A stretch of 37,963 nucleotides of DNA. Source: Eubacteriales bacterium (GTDB lineage: Bacteria; Bacillota; Clostridia; Oscillospirales; CAG-382). Of this stretch, positions 16,969 through 24,251 are shown piece after piece. The stretch's first letter is position 1; each line of letters begins with the position of its first letter. A model generated the notes under the pieces. It saw nothing but the letters and a program-made list of their open reading frames with translations. It was not told the DNA's origin and did no database searches. The stretch covers positions 1 through 37,963 of the forward strand of contig JAQVQF010000001.1 of NCBI GenBank assembly GCA_028701715.1, in the 5' to 3' direction. A program made the position numbers and the translations under genes.

Positions 16969-18000
16969 ATGATTTACAGCGATAAAATAGACGGTTATCT
17001 TGATACCTGTATAAGCGCCAGAGCATCCGACCTTCACCTGAAGGCTTCCATGAATCCTTTTATGAGATATTCCGGGGGGCTTAAATCCATCGACGCCTTC
17101 CCTCTTGACACGACGGAGGTTTACAATTTTATACAGCAGGTGCTCACGCCGGAGCAAAAGGAGAAATATGCTTCGGGCGGCGAGGCGGATTTTTCCTTTT
17201 CGTATTCCGATTACCGCTTCCGCTGCAACGCCTATCACGACCTGCACGGCGACAATCTTGCCCTGCGTCTTTTGGCGCTGGAGCCGGGTGATTTTTCGAA
17301 TTTGGGCATACCGCTTATCCTCAAGGATTTTTCAAAAAAAAGAAGCGGTCTGATACTTATAACAGGTCCCACGGGTTCGGGTAAATCCACTACGCTGACC
17401 TGCATGATAGATTATATAAACGAAAACAAAAACGCTCATATCATAACCCTTGAGGACCCTGTCGAATACATACACACGAGCAAAAAATGCGTCATAACTC
17501 AAAGAGAAATAGGGAAAAACACAAAATCGTTCGGAAAAGCCATCGAAGCGGCAATGCGGCAGGACCCCGATATTATAATGGTGGGTGAAATGCGCGATCT
17601 CGAAAGCGTCGCGGCGGCTATCGCGGCCGCGGAAACCGGACACCTTGTGCTTTCAACCCTTCACACCAAGGGCGCGGAAAGCACGGTCGACCGTATTATA
17701 GATATGTTCCCCGCCGCACAGCAGAACCAAATTCGGGTGCAGCTGGGAATGACGCTGCTTTTGGTATGCTGCCAGCAGCTTGTGCCGGGACTCGAAAGAG
17801 GAAGACGCCATCTTGCCGCGGAGGTTATGGTATGCAATCAGGCAATCCGCAATCTTATCCGTGTCGGGAAAACGCATATGATTTCCTCCACCATGCAAAC
17901 TTCCCGCAAAGAGGGCATGTTTATTATGAAGGATTCGCTTGAAAAGCTCTATACGGAAGGCAAAATTTCCGAAGATGACAAAGAACAGTTTATGTTTTGA
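16969..18000 (+). CDS. pilT: type IV pilus twitching-motility (PilT-family) hexameric ATPase
   Basis: 343 aa from ATG 16969; an AAGGAG RBS lies at 16956-16961 inside the end of the upstream gene. Motifs: ASDLHL, Walker A GPTGSGKST (17365-17391), EDPVEY, Walker B DPDIIMVGEMRD, His box TGHLVLSTLHT, and AIRNLIRVGK. The track start at 16927 is an upstream extension. Confidence 0.9.
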   Translation: MIYSDKIDGYLDTCISARASDLHLKASMNPFMRYSGGLKSIDAFPLDTTEVYNFIQQVLTPEQKEKYASGGEADFSFSYSDYRFRCNAYHDLHGDNLALRLLALEPGDFSNLGIPLILKDFSKKRSGLILITGPTGSGKSTTLTCMIDYINENKNAHIITLEDPVEYIHTSKKCVITQREIGKNTKSFGKAIEAAMRQDPDIIMVGEMRDLESVAAAIAAAETGHLVLSTLHTKGAESTVDRIIDMFPAAQQNQIRVQLGMTLLLVCCQQLVPGLERGRRHLAAEVMVCNQAIRNLIRVGKTHMISSTMQTSRKEGMFIMKDSLEKLYTEGKISEDDKEQFMF

Positions 18001-18069
18001 TAAACAAAGGCAAAAATAAAGAGCAAGGAATGAAAAGCATAAGCCAACGGAAAGGAGAGTGCAACCCGC

Positions 18070-18753
18070 ATGGGCATTGATACGGACAAATCCGCCGGAT
18101 ATTTCCCTTTTTACGGCAGGCTTGCGAATGAGCAAAAAACGGTTCTGTTATCCAATCTGCAAAAGCGGCGCTTTAATAAAGGCGACATAATCCACAGCGG
18201 AGCCGAAGACTGTATAGGGCTGCTTTTGGTTACCGAAGGTCAGCTTAGGGTATACGCGCTTTCTGACGAAGGCAAGGAGCTTACGCTGTACCGACTGTTC
18301 GAACGCGATATGTGCCTGTTTTCGGCCTCCTGCATTATGGCAAGCATTCAGTTTGAAGTAATGATTTCCGCAGAGCGGGACACGCAGACGCTTATCGTGC
18401 CCGCGCTCGTTTACAAGCAGCTGATGACAGATTCCGCCGCGGTGGCGAATTATACAAACGAGCTTATGGCGTCGCGCTTTACGGAAGTCATGTGGCTTAT
18501 AGACCAAATACAGAACAAAAAGCTCGATTCGCGTCTGGCGGCTTTCTTAATCGAGGAAAGCTATCTGACATCGGACAATGTTCTTTCCATCACTCATGAG
18601 GCTATCGCCAACCATCTGGGAAGCATTCGTGAGGTTATCACGCGAATGTTAAAATATTTTCAGGAAGAAGGGCTTGTAAAACTGGGACGCGGGTACATAA
18701 ACCTTACGGACACGGTAAGGCTGACGGATATGGCGAAGAACAGCTTAAAATAA
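18070..18753 (+). CDS. Crp/Fnr family transcriptional regulator (cNMP-binding domain + C-terminal HTH)
   Basis: 227 aa. The beta-roll region is ...FNKGDIIHSGAEDCIGLLLVTEGQLRVYALSDEGKELTLYRL... and the C-terminal HTH is ...SITHEAIANHLGSIREVITRMLKYFQEEGLV... There is no N-terminal Cys cluster. AAAGGAGAG RBS. Confidence 0.88.
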   Translation: MGIDTDKSAGYFPFYGRLANEQKTVLLSNLQKRRFNKGDIIHSGAEDCIGLLLVTEGQLRVYALSDEGKELTLYRLFERDMCLFSASCIMASIQFEVMISAERDTQTLIVPALVYKQLMTDSAAVANYTNELMASRFTEVMWLIDQIQNKKLDSRLAAFLIEESYLTSDNVLSITHEAIANHLGSIREVITRMLKYFQEEGLVKLGRGYINLTDTVRLTDMAKNSLK

Positions 18754-18770
18754 TGTCCACTGAATAAATC

Positions 18771-18808
18771 AAAAACCAAGCCGCGATGCGGCTTTCCCGG
18801 TTTTTTTA
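18771..18808 (+). terminator. intrinsic terminator after the Crp-family gene
   Basis: AAGCCGC (18778-18784), GAT, GCGGCTT (18788-18794). An outer AAAAACC/GGTTTTT pairing encloses it and a T7 run follows at 18801-18807. Confidence 0.7.
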
Positions 18809-18847
18809 TTTATTCAAGTGCAAGGTTTTTACATTAAAATAAATATT

Positions 18848-18860
18848 GTAACAATGTTAC
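18848..18860. repeat. short palindrome GTAAC-AAT-GTTAC upstream of trxA
   Basis: 5-bp arms with a 3-nt spacer, 57 nt upstream of the trxA ATG and downstream of the Crp-gene terminator. Confidence 0.4.
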
Positions 18861-18916
18861 GGAAGAAACAGACGTTTTGTGGTATCCTATTAGCAGAAGA
18901 AAAAGGAGGTTACAAA

Positions 18917-19222
18917 ATGTCTGTTTTAGTTATTAATAAGGAAAATTTTAAAGAAAAGGTGCTACAGTCCGAAAAGCCGGTGCTTTTGGATTTATGGGCT
19001 ACCTGGTGCGGACCCTGTAAAATGCTATCACCCGTTGTGGAGGAGCTTGCGGAGGACCACCCGGAAATCACGGTGGGTAAAATAAACGTGGACGAAGAAC
19101 CCGAACTCGCCCAGGCGTTTCAGGTATCGTCAATCCCCATGCTTGTGCTGGTGCAGGACGGTAAGGTTAAGAATGTTTCCGTGGGCTACAAGCGCAAGAA
19201 TCAGATTGAGCAATTGTTCTGA
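18917..19222 (+). CDS. trxA: thioredoxin
   Basis: 101 aa from ATG 18917, with an AGGAGG RBS 7 nt upstream. It has the WCGPC active site (LWATWCGPCKMLSP) and ...SIPMLVL... The track start at 18818 is an unsupported extension. Confidence 0.93.
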   Translation: MSVLVINKENFKEKVLQSEKPVLLDLWATWCGPCKMLSPVVEELAEDHPEITVGKINVDEEPELAQAFQVSSIPMLVLVQDGKVKNVSVGYKRKNQIEQLF

Positions 19223-19227
19223 ATATC

Positions 19228-19611
19228 ATGGGAATCTACGCAAGGATTGCGGGAATATTCGCGGCAATCGCGGTGGCGGCGACCGCGGTTGTTATGCTGC
19301 TGACCGGCTATAAAAAATCCGATATTGACCGCGGAATAGAGCAGTATCACAACACACCGGGAGCGGTTCTCGTCGATGTAAGAACCGAAGAGGAATACGC
19401 CGAGGGACATATCCCCGGAAGCGTCAATATTCCGTTGCAAAGCATACAGGATATCGAGTCTGTCGCCACAGATAAAAACACTCCGCTTTTCCTGTACTGC
19501 CGCAGCGGCAGAAGAAGCGGAGAGGCAAAATCGACGCTTGAAGAAGCGGGGTATGTCAACGTATATAATATCGGAGGAATAATCGACTACAGCGGGGAGC
19601 TTGAACGCTGA
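19228..19611 (+). CDS. membrane-anchored rhodanese-like sulfurtransferase
   Basis: 127 aa. It has an N-terminal TM helix (IAGIFAAIAVAATAVVMLL), ...LVDVRTEEEYAEGHIPGSVNIP... and the active-site loop YCRSGRRS. It starts 5 nt after trxA. Confidence 0.88.
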   Translation: MGIYARIAGIFAAIAVAATAVVMLLTGYKKSDIDRGIEQYHNTPGAVLVDVRTEEEYAEGHIPGSVNIPLQSIQDIESVATDKNTPLFLYCRSGRRSGEAKSTLEEAGYVNVYNIGGIIDYSGELER

Positions 19612-19649
19612 CTGTTTTATACTCTGTTGCGGATGAAAGGACTATTGTC

Positions 19650-22094
19650 ATGAAAACTGTTATAATAGGCGGTGTGGCGGGAGGGGCATCCTGCGCCGCA
19701 AGACTTCGCAGACTGGATGAAAACGCCGAAATCGTAATCCTTGAAAAAGGCGAATATATTTCCTACGCCAACTGCGGGCTTCCCTACCATGTGGGAGGCG
19801 TGATAAAGGAAAGGGACGTCCTTATACTTCAATCGCCCGAGGCTATGAAGGCAAAGTTCGCCATAGATATACGCACAAGGAATGAAGTGACGGCTATAAA
19901 CCGCGATAAAAAGACCGTTACGGTAAAACGGACGGATACCGGTGAAAGCTATGAGGAAGCTTACGACAAGCTTGTGATCGCCACGGGCTCCTCGCCCGTA
20001 CGGCCGCCCATACCGGGTATAGATTCCCCGCGAATAAAAACATTATGGACGATACCCGATACGGATGCCGTAATCGCTCTCATCAAAGAAAGGAACGTTA
20101 AAAAAGCGGCGGTTATAGGCGGCGGCTTTATAGGGCTTGAAATGGCGGAAAATCTCTGCCACGCGGGTGTTAAAGTGGCGGTTGTGGAAATGCTCGATCA
20201 GGTGATGGCTGCTCTCGATTACGAGATGGCGCAGCTTGTTCACCGACACCTTGCCGAAAACGGGGTGGAGCTTTATCTTTCCGACGGAGTGAGCGGTTTT
20301 TCCGATAACGCGGACGGCATAGCAGTAAATTTAAAAAGCGGGAACACTGTCGCCGCCGACATGGTAATTTTAGCAATCGGGGTGCGTCCCAACGGCGCGC
20401 TTGCGAAGGACGCGGGGCTTGAGGTAAACGCGCGCGGCGGAATTGTCACGGACGACCGTCTGCGTACTTCCGACAAGGATATTTACGCCGTGGGCGACGT
20501 TATCGAGGTGGAGGATTTTATCTTCGGCGACCGAACGATGATACCGCTCGCCGGTCCCGCAAACAAACAGGGGCGAATCGCCGCGGACAATATCGCCGGA
20601 GCGGATGAAGCTTACAGCGGTACACAGGGCTCGTCCGTCGCCAAGGTGTTCGATCTCACCGTCGCTTCCACGGGTGCCGCCGAAAAAGCGCTTACAAAGC
20701 GCGGGCTGGTCAAGGGTAAGGATTACGAAACCGTCATTATTGTACAAAATTCACACGCGGGTTATTACCCCGGCGCGGTGCCCATGACTTTAAAGCTTGT
20801 GTTCGCGTCCGACGGCTCGAGGATATACGGCGCGCAGATAATAGGCAGCGAGGGCGCGGATAAGCGTATCGATACCATAGGCGCGGCAATAAGGCTCGGC
20901 GGCACGGTTAAAGACCTGAAAAATCTTGAATTTGCCTATGCGCCCCCTTATTCGTCCGCAAAGGACCCGGTAAACATGCTCGGATTCGCGGCGGAAAATC
21001 TTATTGCGAAAAAAATGCGATTTACGGACTGGGACGGCGTCGAAAAGGACAAAAACGCCTTTCTTATAGACGTGCGCGAGTACGCGGAGGTTACCGGTTT
21101 TGCGGTGCCCGGCGCGCTCAATATTCCTTTGGGAGAGCTTCGCGGAAGAATAAACGAGCTTACTCCTTACAGGGATAAACATATAATTATATTTTGCGCC
21201 ATAGGCGTGCGCTCCTACAGCGCCGCGCGGATACTGGCTCAGCTCGGCTTCGGCAATGTTTCCGTCTATCCGGGCGGCAGCCGTTTCTATAAATCCACGC
21301 ATTATAAGGAATTCGATACAAATACAAAAAAATTAAAGCAGTCATCAACGCAGGTCAAACCGGTTTTCGGCAAAGCCTTAACCCTTGATTGCAGCGGGCT
21401 GCAATGCCCCGGGCCCATAATGAAGGTTTATGAAACCGTACAGGCAATGACAGACGGCGAAACGCTGGAAATTTCGGCTTCCGACCCCGGCTTTGTCAGC
21501 GACATCGACACCTGGTGCCGCCGCACGGGAAACACCTTGATTTCAAAGGGACGCAAGGATAATATATATACTGCCTTAATTCAAAAAAGCTTGTCTTCAA
21601 CGACGTCGGCGGTACGCGACACCGCGGACGGAAAAACCATTATAGTGTTTTCGGGCGACCTCGACAAGGTGCTGGCGAGCTTTATAATTGCCAACGGCGC
21701 CGCCGCGATGGGCAGGAAGGTCACCATGTTCTTCACCTTCTGGGGGTTGACCGTGCTGCGAAGATCAAATAAACAGAAGCTTAAGAAGACCTTTATGGAA
21801 GCCATGTTCGGACGTATGTTGCCCCGCGGGAGCGGCAAGCTCAAGCTTTCCAAAATGAATATGGGCGGCATGGGCACCGCGATGATGAAACGAATAATGA
21901 AGGATAAAAACGTCGATTCTCTCGATGCGCTGATACAGAAAGCAATAAAAAGCGGCGTGAGGATTGTCGCCTGCACAATGAGCATGGACGTTATGGGAAT
22001 TAAAAAAGAGGAGCTTATCGACGGCGTGGAGTTTGCCGGAGTCGGCTCATACCTCGGCGACGCGGAGGAATCCAACGTAAATCTGTTTATATAA
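19650..22094 (+). CDS. four-domain fusion: CoA-disulfide/persulfide reductase-like FAD oxidoreductase + rhodanese + TusA-like + DsrE/DsrF-like
   Basis: 814 aa. Motifs seen: FAD GxGxxG (IIGGVAGGASCA), redox Cys42 in SYANCGLPY, NAD site VIGGGFIGLE. Also a rhodanese loop FCAIGVRS (Cys516, nt 21195-21197), TusA CPGP (Cys586, nt 21405-21407) and a DsrE-like tail (...IIVFSGDLDK...VACTMSMDVMG, Cys775). Confidence 0.88.
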   Translation: MKTVIIGGVAGGASCAARLRRLDENAEIVILEKGEYISYANCGLPYHVGGVIKERDVLILQSPEAMKAKFAIDIRTRNEVTAINRDKKTVTVKRTDTGESYEEAYDKLVIATGSSPVRPPIPGIDSPRIKTLWTIPDTDAVIALIKERNVKKAAVIGGGFIGLEMAENLCHAGVKVAVVEMLDQVMAALDYEMAQLVHRHLAENGVELYLSDGVSGFSDNADGIAVNLKSGNTVAADMVILAIGVRPNGALAKDAGLEVNARGGIVTDDRLRTSDKDIYAVGDVIEVEDFIFGDRTMIPLAGPANKQGRIAADNIAGADEAYSGTQGSSVAKVFDLTVASTGAAEKALTKRGLVKGKDYETVIIVQNSHAGYYPGAVPMTLKLVFASDGSRIYGAQIIGSEGADKRIDTIGAAIRLGGTVKDLKNLEFAYAPPYSSAKDPVNMLGFAAENLIAKKMRFTDWDGVEKDKNAFLIDVREYAEVTGFAVPGALNIPLGELRGRINELTPYRDKHIIIFCAIGVRSYSAARILAQLGFGNVSVYPGGSRFYKSTHYKEFDTNTKKLKQSSTQVKPVFGKALTLDCSGLQCPGPIMKVYETVQAMTDGETLEISASDPGFVSDIDTWCRRTGNTLISKGRKDNIYTALIQKSLSSTTSAVRDTADGKTIIVFSGDLDKVLASFIIANGAAAMGRKVTMFFTFWGLTVLRRSNKQKLKKTFMEAMFGRMLPRGSGKLKLSKMNMGGMGTAMMKRIMKDKNVDSLDALIQKAIKSGVRIVACTMSMDVMGIKKEELIDGVEFAGVGSYLGDAEESNVNLFI

Positions 22095-22125
22095 AGATAA
22101 AAAATGTCGCATGGAACACTTACGC

Positions 22126-22152
22126 CCCACAAATTCAATTTGAATTTGTGGG
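22126..22152. terminator. perfect 12-bp hairpin between convergent CoADR-fusion and ABC-class ATPase genes
   Basis: CCCACAAATTCA (22126-22137), a 3-nt loop, then TGAATTTGTGGG (22141-22152). No U tract follows on either strand, so its role as a terminator is uncertain. Confidence 0.45.
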
Positions 22153-22179
22153 TCGTGTGCCTTTGATAATACATATTAT

Positions 22180-23940
22180 TTATAATAGAATCTTAATTGA
22201 TTTTCTTTGCGTATCACCCTTATTCGATTTTTTAAAGTTAACACCCCTCATTCGATTGACGCAGCAAAATGCATCAATGGGACGTATTTCCTCATACCAT
22301 CTTGTAGCAGTTTCCGGTAAAAGCGAGTTCAACTGAATTCCATCTTTGTCAAACATTTTATCAAATATTTCCGACAGCTTAAGAATCAGTTCTTCATTGA
22401 CAGCGTCCTTATCGCACAATAGTTGTTCCATCATGCATGCGAGCGTGTTCATCTGTGCGCCGGATTTTAATGCTGTCAGCAAGGTAATGTCAGCGCTATA
22501 ATCGTCAAGGATAATCTTTTTTTCGTTTTCCGTCTCGACCGAACGGAAGAACAGAAACGGCTGAGTTGTTTCTGTTGTTAAAATCCGACGACATACCGTC
22601 CAATTGGCAGGCGGTTCTTCCATCGGTGATAATAAAAGCTCGAGTCTCCTCACATCATTCGTTATATCCTTCGCCGTATAATCCTCCATTAAAATCACAA
22701 TATCCGCACATTTCAGGTATTCGCTGCTTCCACCGATAACGAGGATAGTCGAAACCGATTTTGTTAAATACAATTCACGCACACGATCGGTAAACGGAAT
22801 GATAGGTTCGTTTTTCACAATTTTCCGCATATTCCGGTCGCGGATCATAAAATTGGTCGCGCTCTTATCCTCATCAATTAAGAGCAGCTTGGAACCGCCG
22901 CAAACTGCTTCTATAATATTTGCCGCCTGCGACACGCTTCCGCTGGCGTGAAGTGTGGAAAAGCTTTCGGTATCCACGCCGCATGGTAAATTACGAAAAA
23001 ATGGCGTCAGATTGAGCTCATGAACCGGTCTGCCGTCCTCAGCATAAATTTTCAGCAAGCTGTTATCAGACATAACATATTCGCGTCCGTCACCTGGAAT
23101 ATGATCGAAAATCCCCGTTTCTATCGCGTCAAGCAGCGTCGATTTACCGGAATATCCGCCACCGGTAATAACCGTCACACCTTGTTTTATTACCATTCCC
23201 GTAATTTCCCCTCCGTCCGTAAACGGGATTGTGATGCGCATGCTTTTGGGTGAAATAAACGGAATCGCATTTTTCATAGGTTGATCGGTCCCGTTTTCGC
23301 GCGGGAGAATGCTACCGTCGGCAATAAACACGATTAACCTGTGAGCTTTCATATAAGTGCGAATTTCCCGTTGTCTACGGTTTAACGATATATATTCCGT
23401 TAAAAACATCATATTTGATTTAGAAACAGCAGTTTCAATATGTTCCAATATATCCTTGACCGAGCGTACCGCCGACTTAGCGTTGACGGAAAGAGCGTTG
23501 ACCAGCGGTATATTAAAATTTAATTTTAAAACAATCCGTTTATTCGCGGTATTATAAAATATTCCGCTACGGCGGATAAATATGTCAGTCACAGCTTGAG
23601 CCGAAAACTGCGCTTTTTCACGGGTATTTTTATTCAAATTTACATATTCGCTGCTCAAATTGTTTATCATCGGAGCGATAACACCGAGCATATAACACTC
23701 GATAGGCAGTGAATCTTCCGGTTGCAGTTCCGCTTCAAGCGGAAGCGGAATTTCAATAAAAAGCAATAATTTTTCGGAATTGCGTCTTCCGGTTCCGTTA
23801 AACCAAAACCTTAGGTTGTTGAAGTTGAAAATTTTTTCTTTTTCATAACAATTAGGGTTATAAACATCATTATAGAGCCAACAAAGTTCACTTTTGTTTT
23901 TTCCTTGCATTCGATTGATAATCGATTTAAATCTTTGCAT
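22180..23940 (-). CDS. ABC-class ATPase domain protein (COG3044-like, predicted ATPase of the ABC class)
   Basis: 586 aa. Walker A is in ...VTVITGGGYSGKSTLLDAIETGIFDHIPGDGREYV... and Walker B in ...KLLLIDEDKSATNFM... I recall this context as characteristic of the uncharacterised ABC_ATPase family. The DNA is markedly AT-rich compared with its neighbours. Confidence 0.8.
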   Translation of the reverse strand: MQRFKSIINRMQGKNKSELCWLYNDVYNPNCYEKEKIFNFNNLRFWFNGTGRRNSEKLLLFIEIPLPLEAELQPEDSLPIECYMLGVIAPMINNLSSEYVNLNKNTREKAQFSAQAVTDIFIRRSGIFYNTANKRIVLKLNFNIPLVNALSVNAKSAVRSVKDILEHIETAVSKSNMMFLTEYISLNRRQREIRTYMKAHRLIVFIADGSILPRENGTDQPMKNAIPFISPKSMRITIPFTDGGEITGMVIKQGVTVITGGGYSGKSTLLDAIETGIFDHIPGDGREYVMSDNSLLKIYAEDGRPVHELNLTPFFRNLPCGVDTESFSTLHASGSVSQAANIIEAVCGGSKLLLIDEDKSATNFMIRDRNMRKIVKNEPIIPFTDRVRELYLTKSVSTILVIGGSSEYLKCADIVILMEDYTAKDITNDVRRLELLLSPMEEPPANWTVCRRILTTETTQPFLFFRSVETENEKKIILDDYSADITLLTALKSGAQMNTLACMMEQLLCDKDAVNEELILKLSEIFDKMFDKDGIQLNSLLPETATRWYEEIRPIDAFCCVNRMRGVNFKKSNKGDTQRKSIKILL

Positions 23941-24016
23941 AAAAATATCGCCCTTCTTTTAAAATTAATATAATCAAAATTACTTTTTAACCAAGGACGA
24001 TAATATATTATATAAA

Positions 24017-24047
24017 TATAAAAAAGCGCACCCGTATCGGATGCGCC
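24017..24047 (-). terminator. intrinsic terminator after the 25-aa sORF
   Basis: The minus-strand RNA is GGCGCAUCCGAUACGGGUGCGC followed by U6. The stem is GCGCA/TGCGC plus two more GC pairs across one mismatch. Confidence 0.75.
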
Positions 24048-24072
24048 TGAAAGTCATACGAAGAAAACCTAA

Positions 24073-24150
24073 TTACGTAAATAAGCAATCGGCAATCAAC
24101 ATAAAATCTGGTACATACAAATACATAATCGTCATATTTATTTTTTTCAT
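24073..24150 (-). CDS. 25-aa sORF with its own promoter, operator-like palindrome, RBS and terminator
   Basis: MKKINMTIMYLYVPDFMLIADCLFT. A GAGAGGTG RBS lies 6 nt before the ATG at 24150. A TTGACA-17-TATACT promoter sits upstream and an intrinsic terminator at 24017-24047 downstream. Coding status is unproven. Confidence 0.35.
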   Translation of the reverse strand: MKKINMTIMYLYVPDFMLIADCLFT

Positions 24151-24172
24151 GTTAATCACCTCTCTAATTAAT

Positions 24173-24189
24173 TTGTAATTTGATTACAA
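24173..24189. repeat. operator-like palindrome TTGTAAT-TTG-ATTACAA between the sORF promoter and its RBS
   Basis: Perfect 7-bp arms with a 3-nt spacer. It lies just downstream of the TATACT -10 (24194-24199), about where the transcript would start. Confidence 0.6.
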
Positions 24190-24193
24190 TCAC

Positions 24194-24222
24194 AGTATAA
24201 CAAAGTATTATAGTAATGTCAA
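24194..24222 (-). promoter_or_regulatory. SigA-type promoter for the 25-aa sORF
   Basis: On the minus strand, TTGACA (24222..24217), 17 nt, TATACT (24199..24194). Confidence 0.5.
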
Positions 24223-24251
24223 GCATTTTAAATAATTTGACGTAAGCTGAT

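Noticed and set aside
18030-18080. 16-aa sORF (MKSISQRKGECNPHGH) between pilT and the Crp-family gene
   Set aside because: The only purine-rich stretch abuts the ATG with no spacing. The frame simply runs across the RBS and start of the regulator gene.
18070-18753. Calling the Crp-family regulator an oxygen-sensing FNR
   Set aside because: It has no N-terminal Cys-x2-Cys-x5-Cys cluster, and the only cysteines are scattered in the beta-roll. I keep it as a generic Crp/Fnr family member.
22095-24251. Annotating the low-GC islet as a mobile element
   Set aside because: No integrase, transposase, tRNA target or flanking direct or terminal inverted repeats were seen. A compositional anomaly alone does not justify a mobile_element call.
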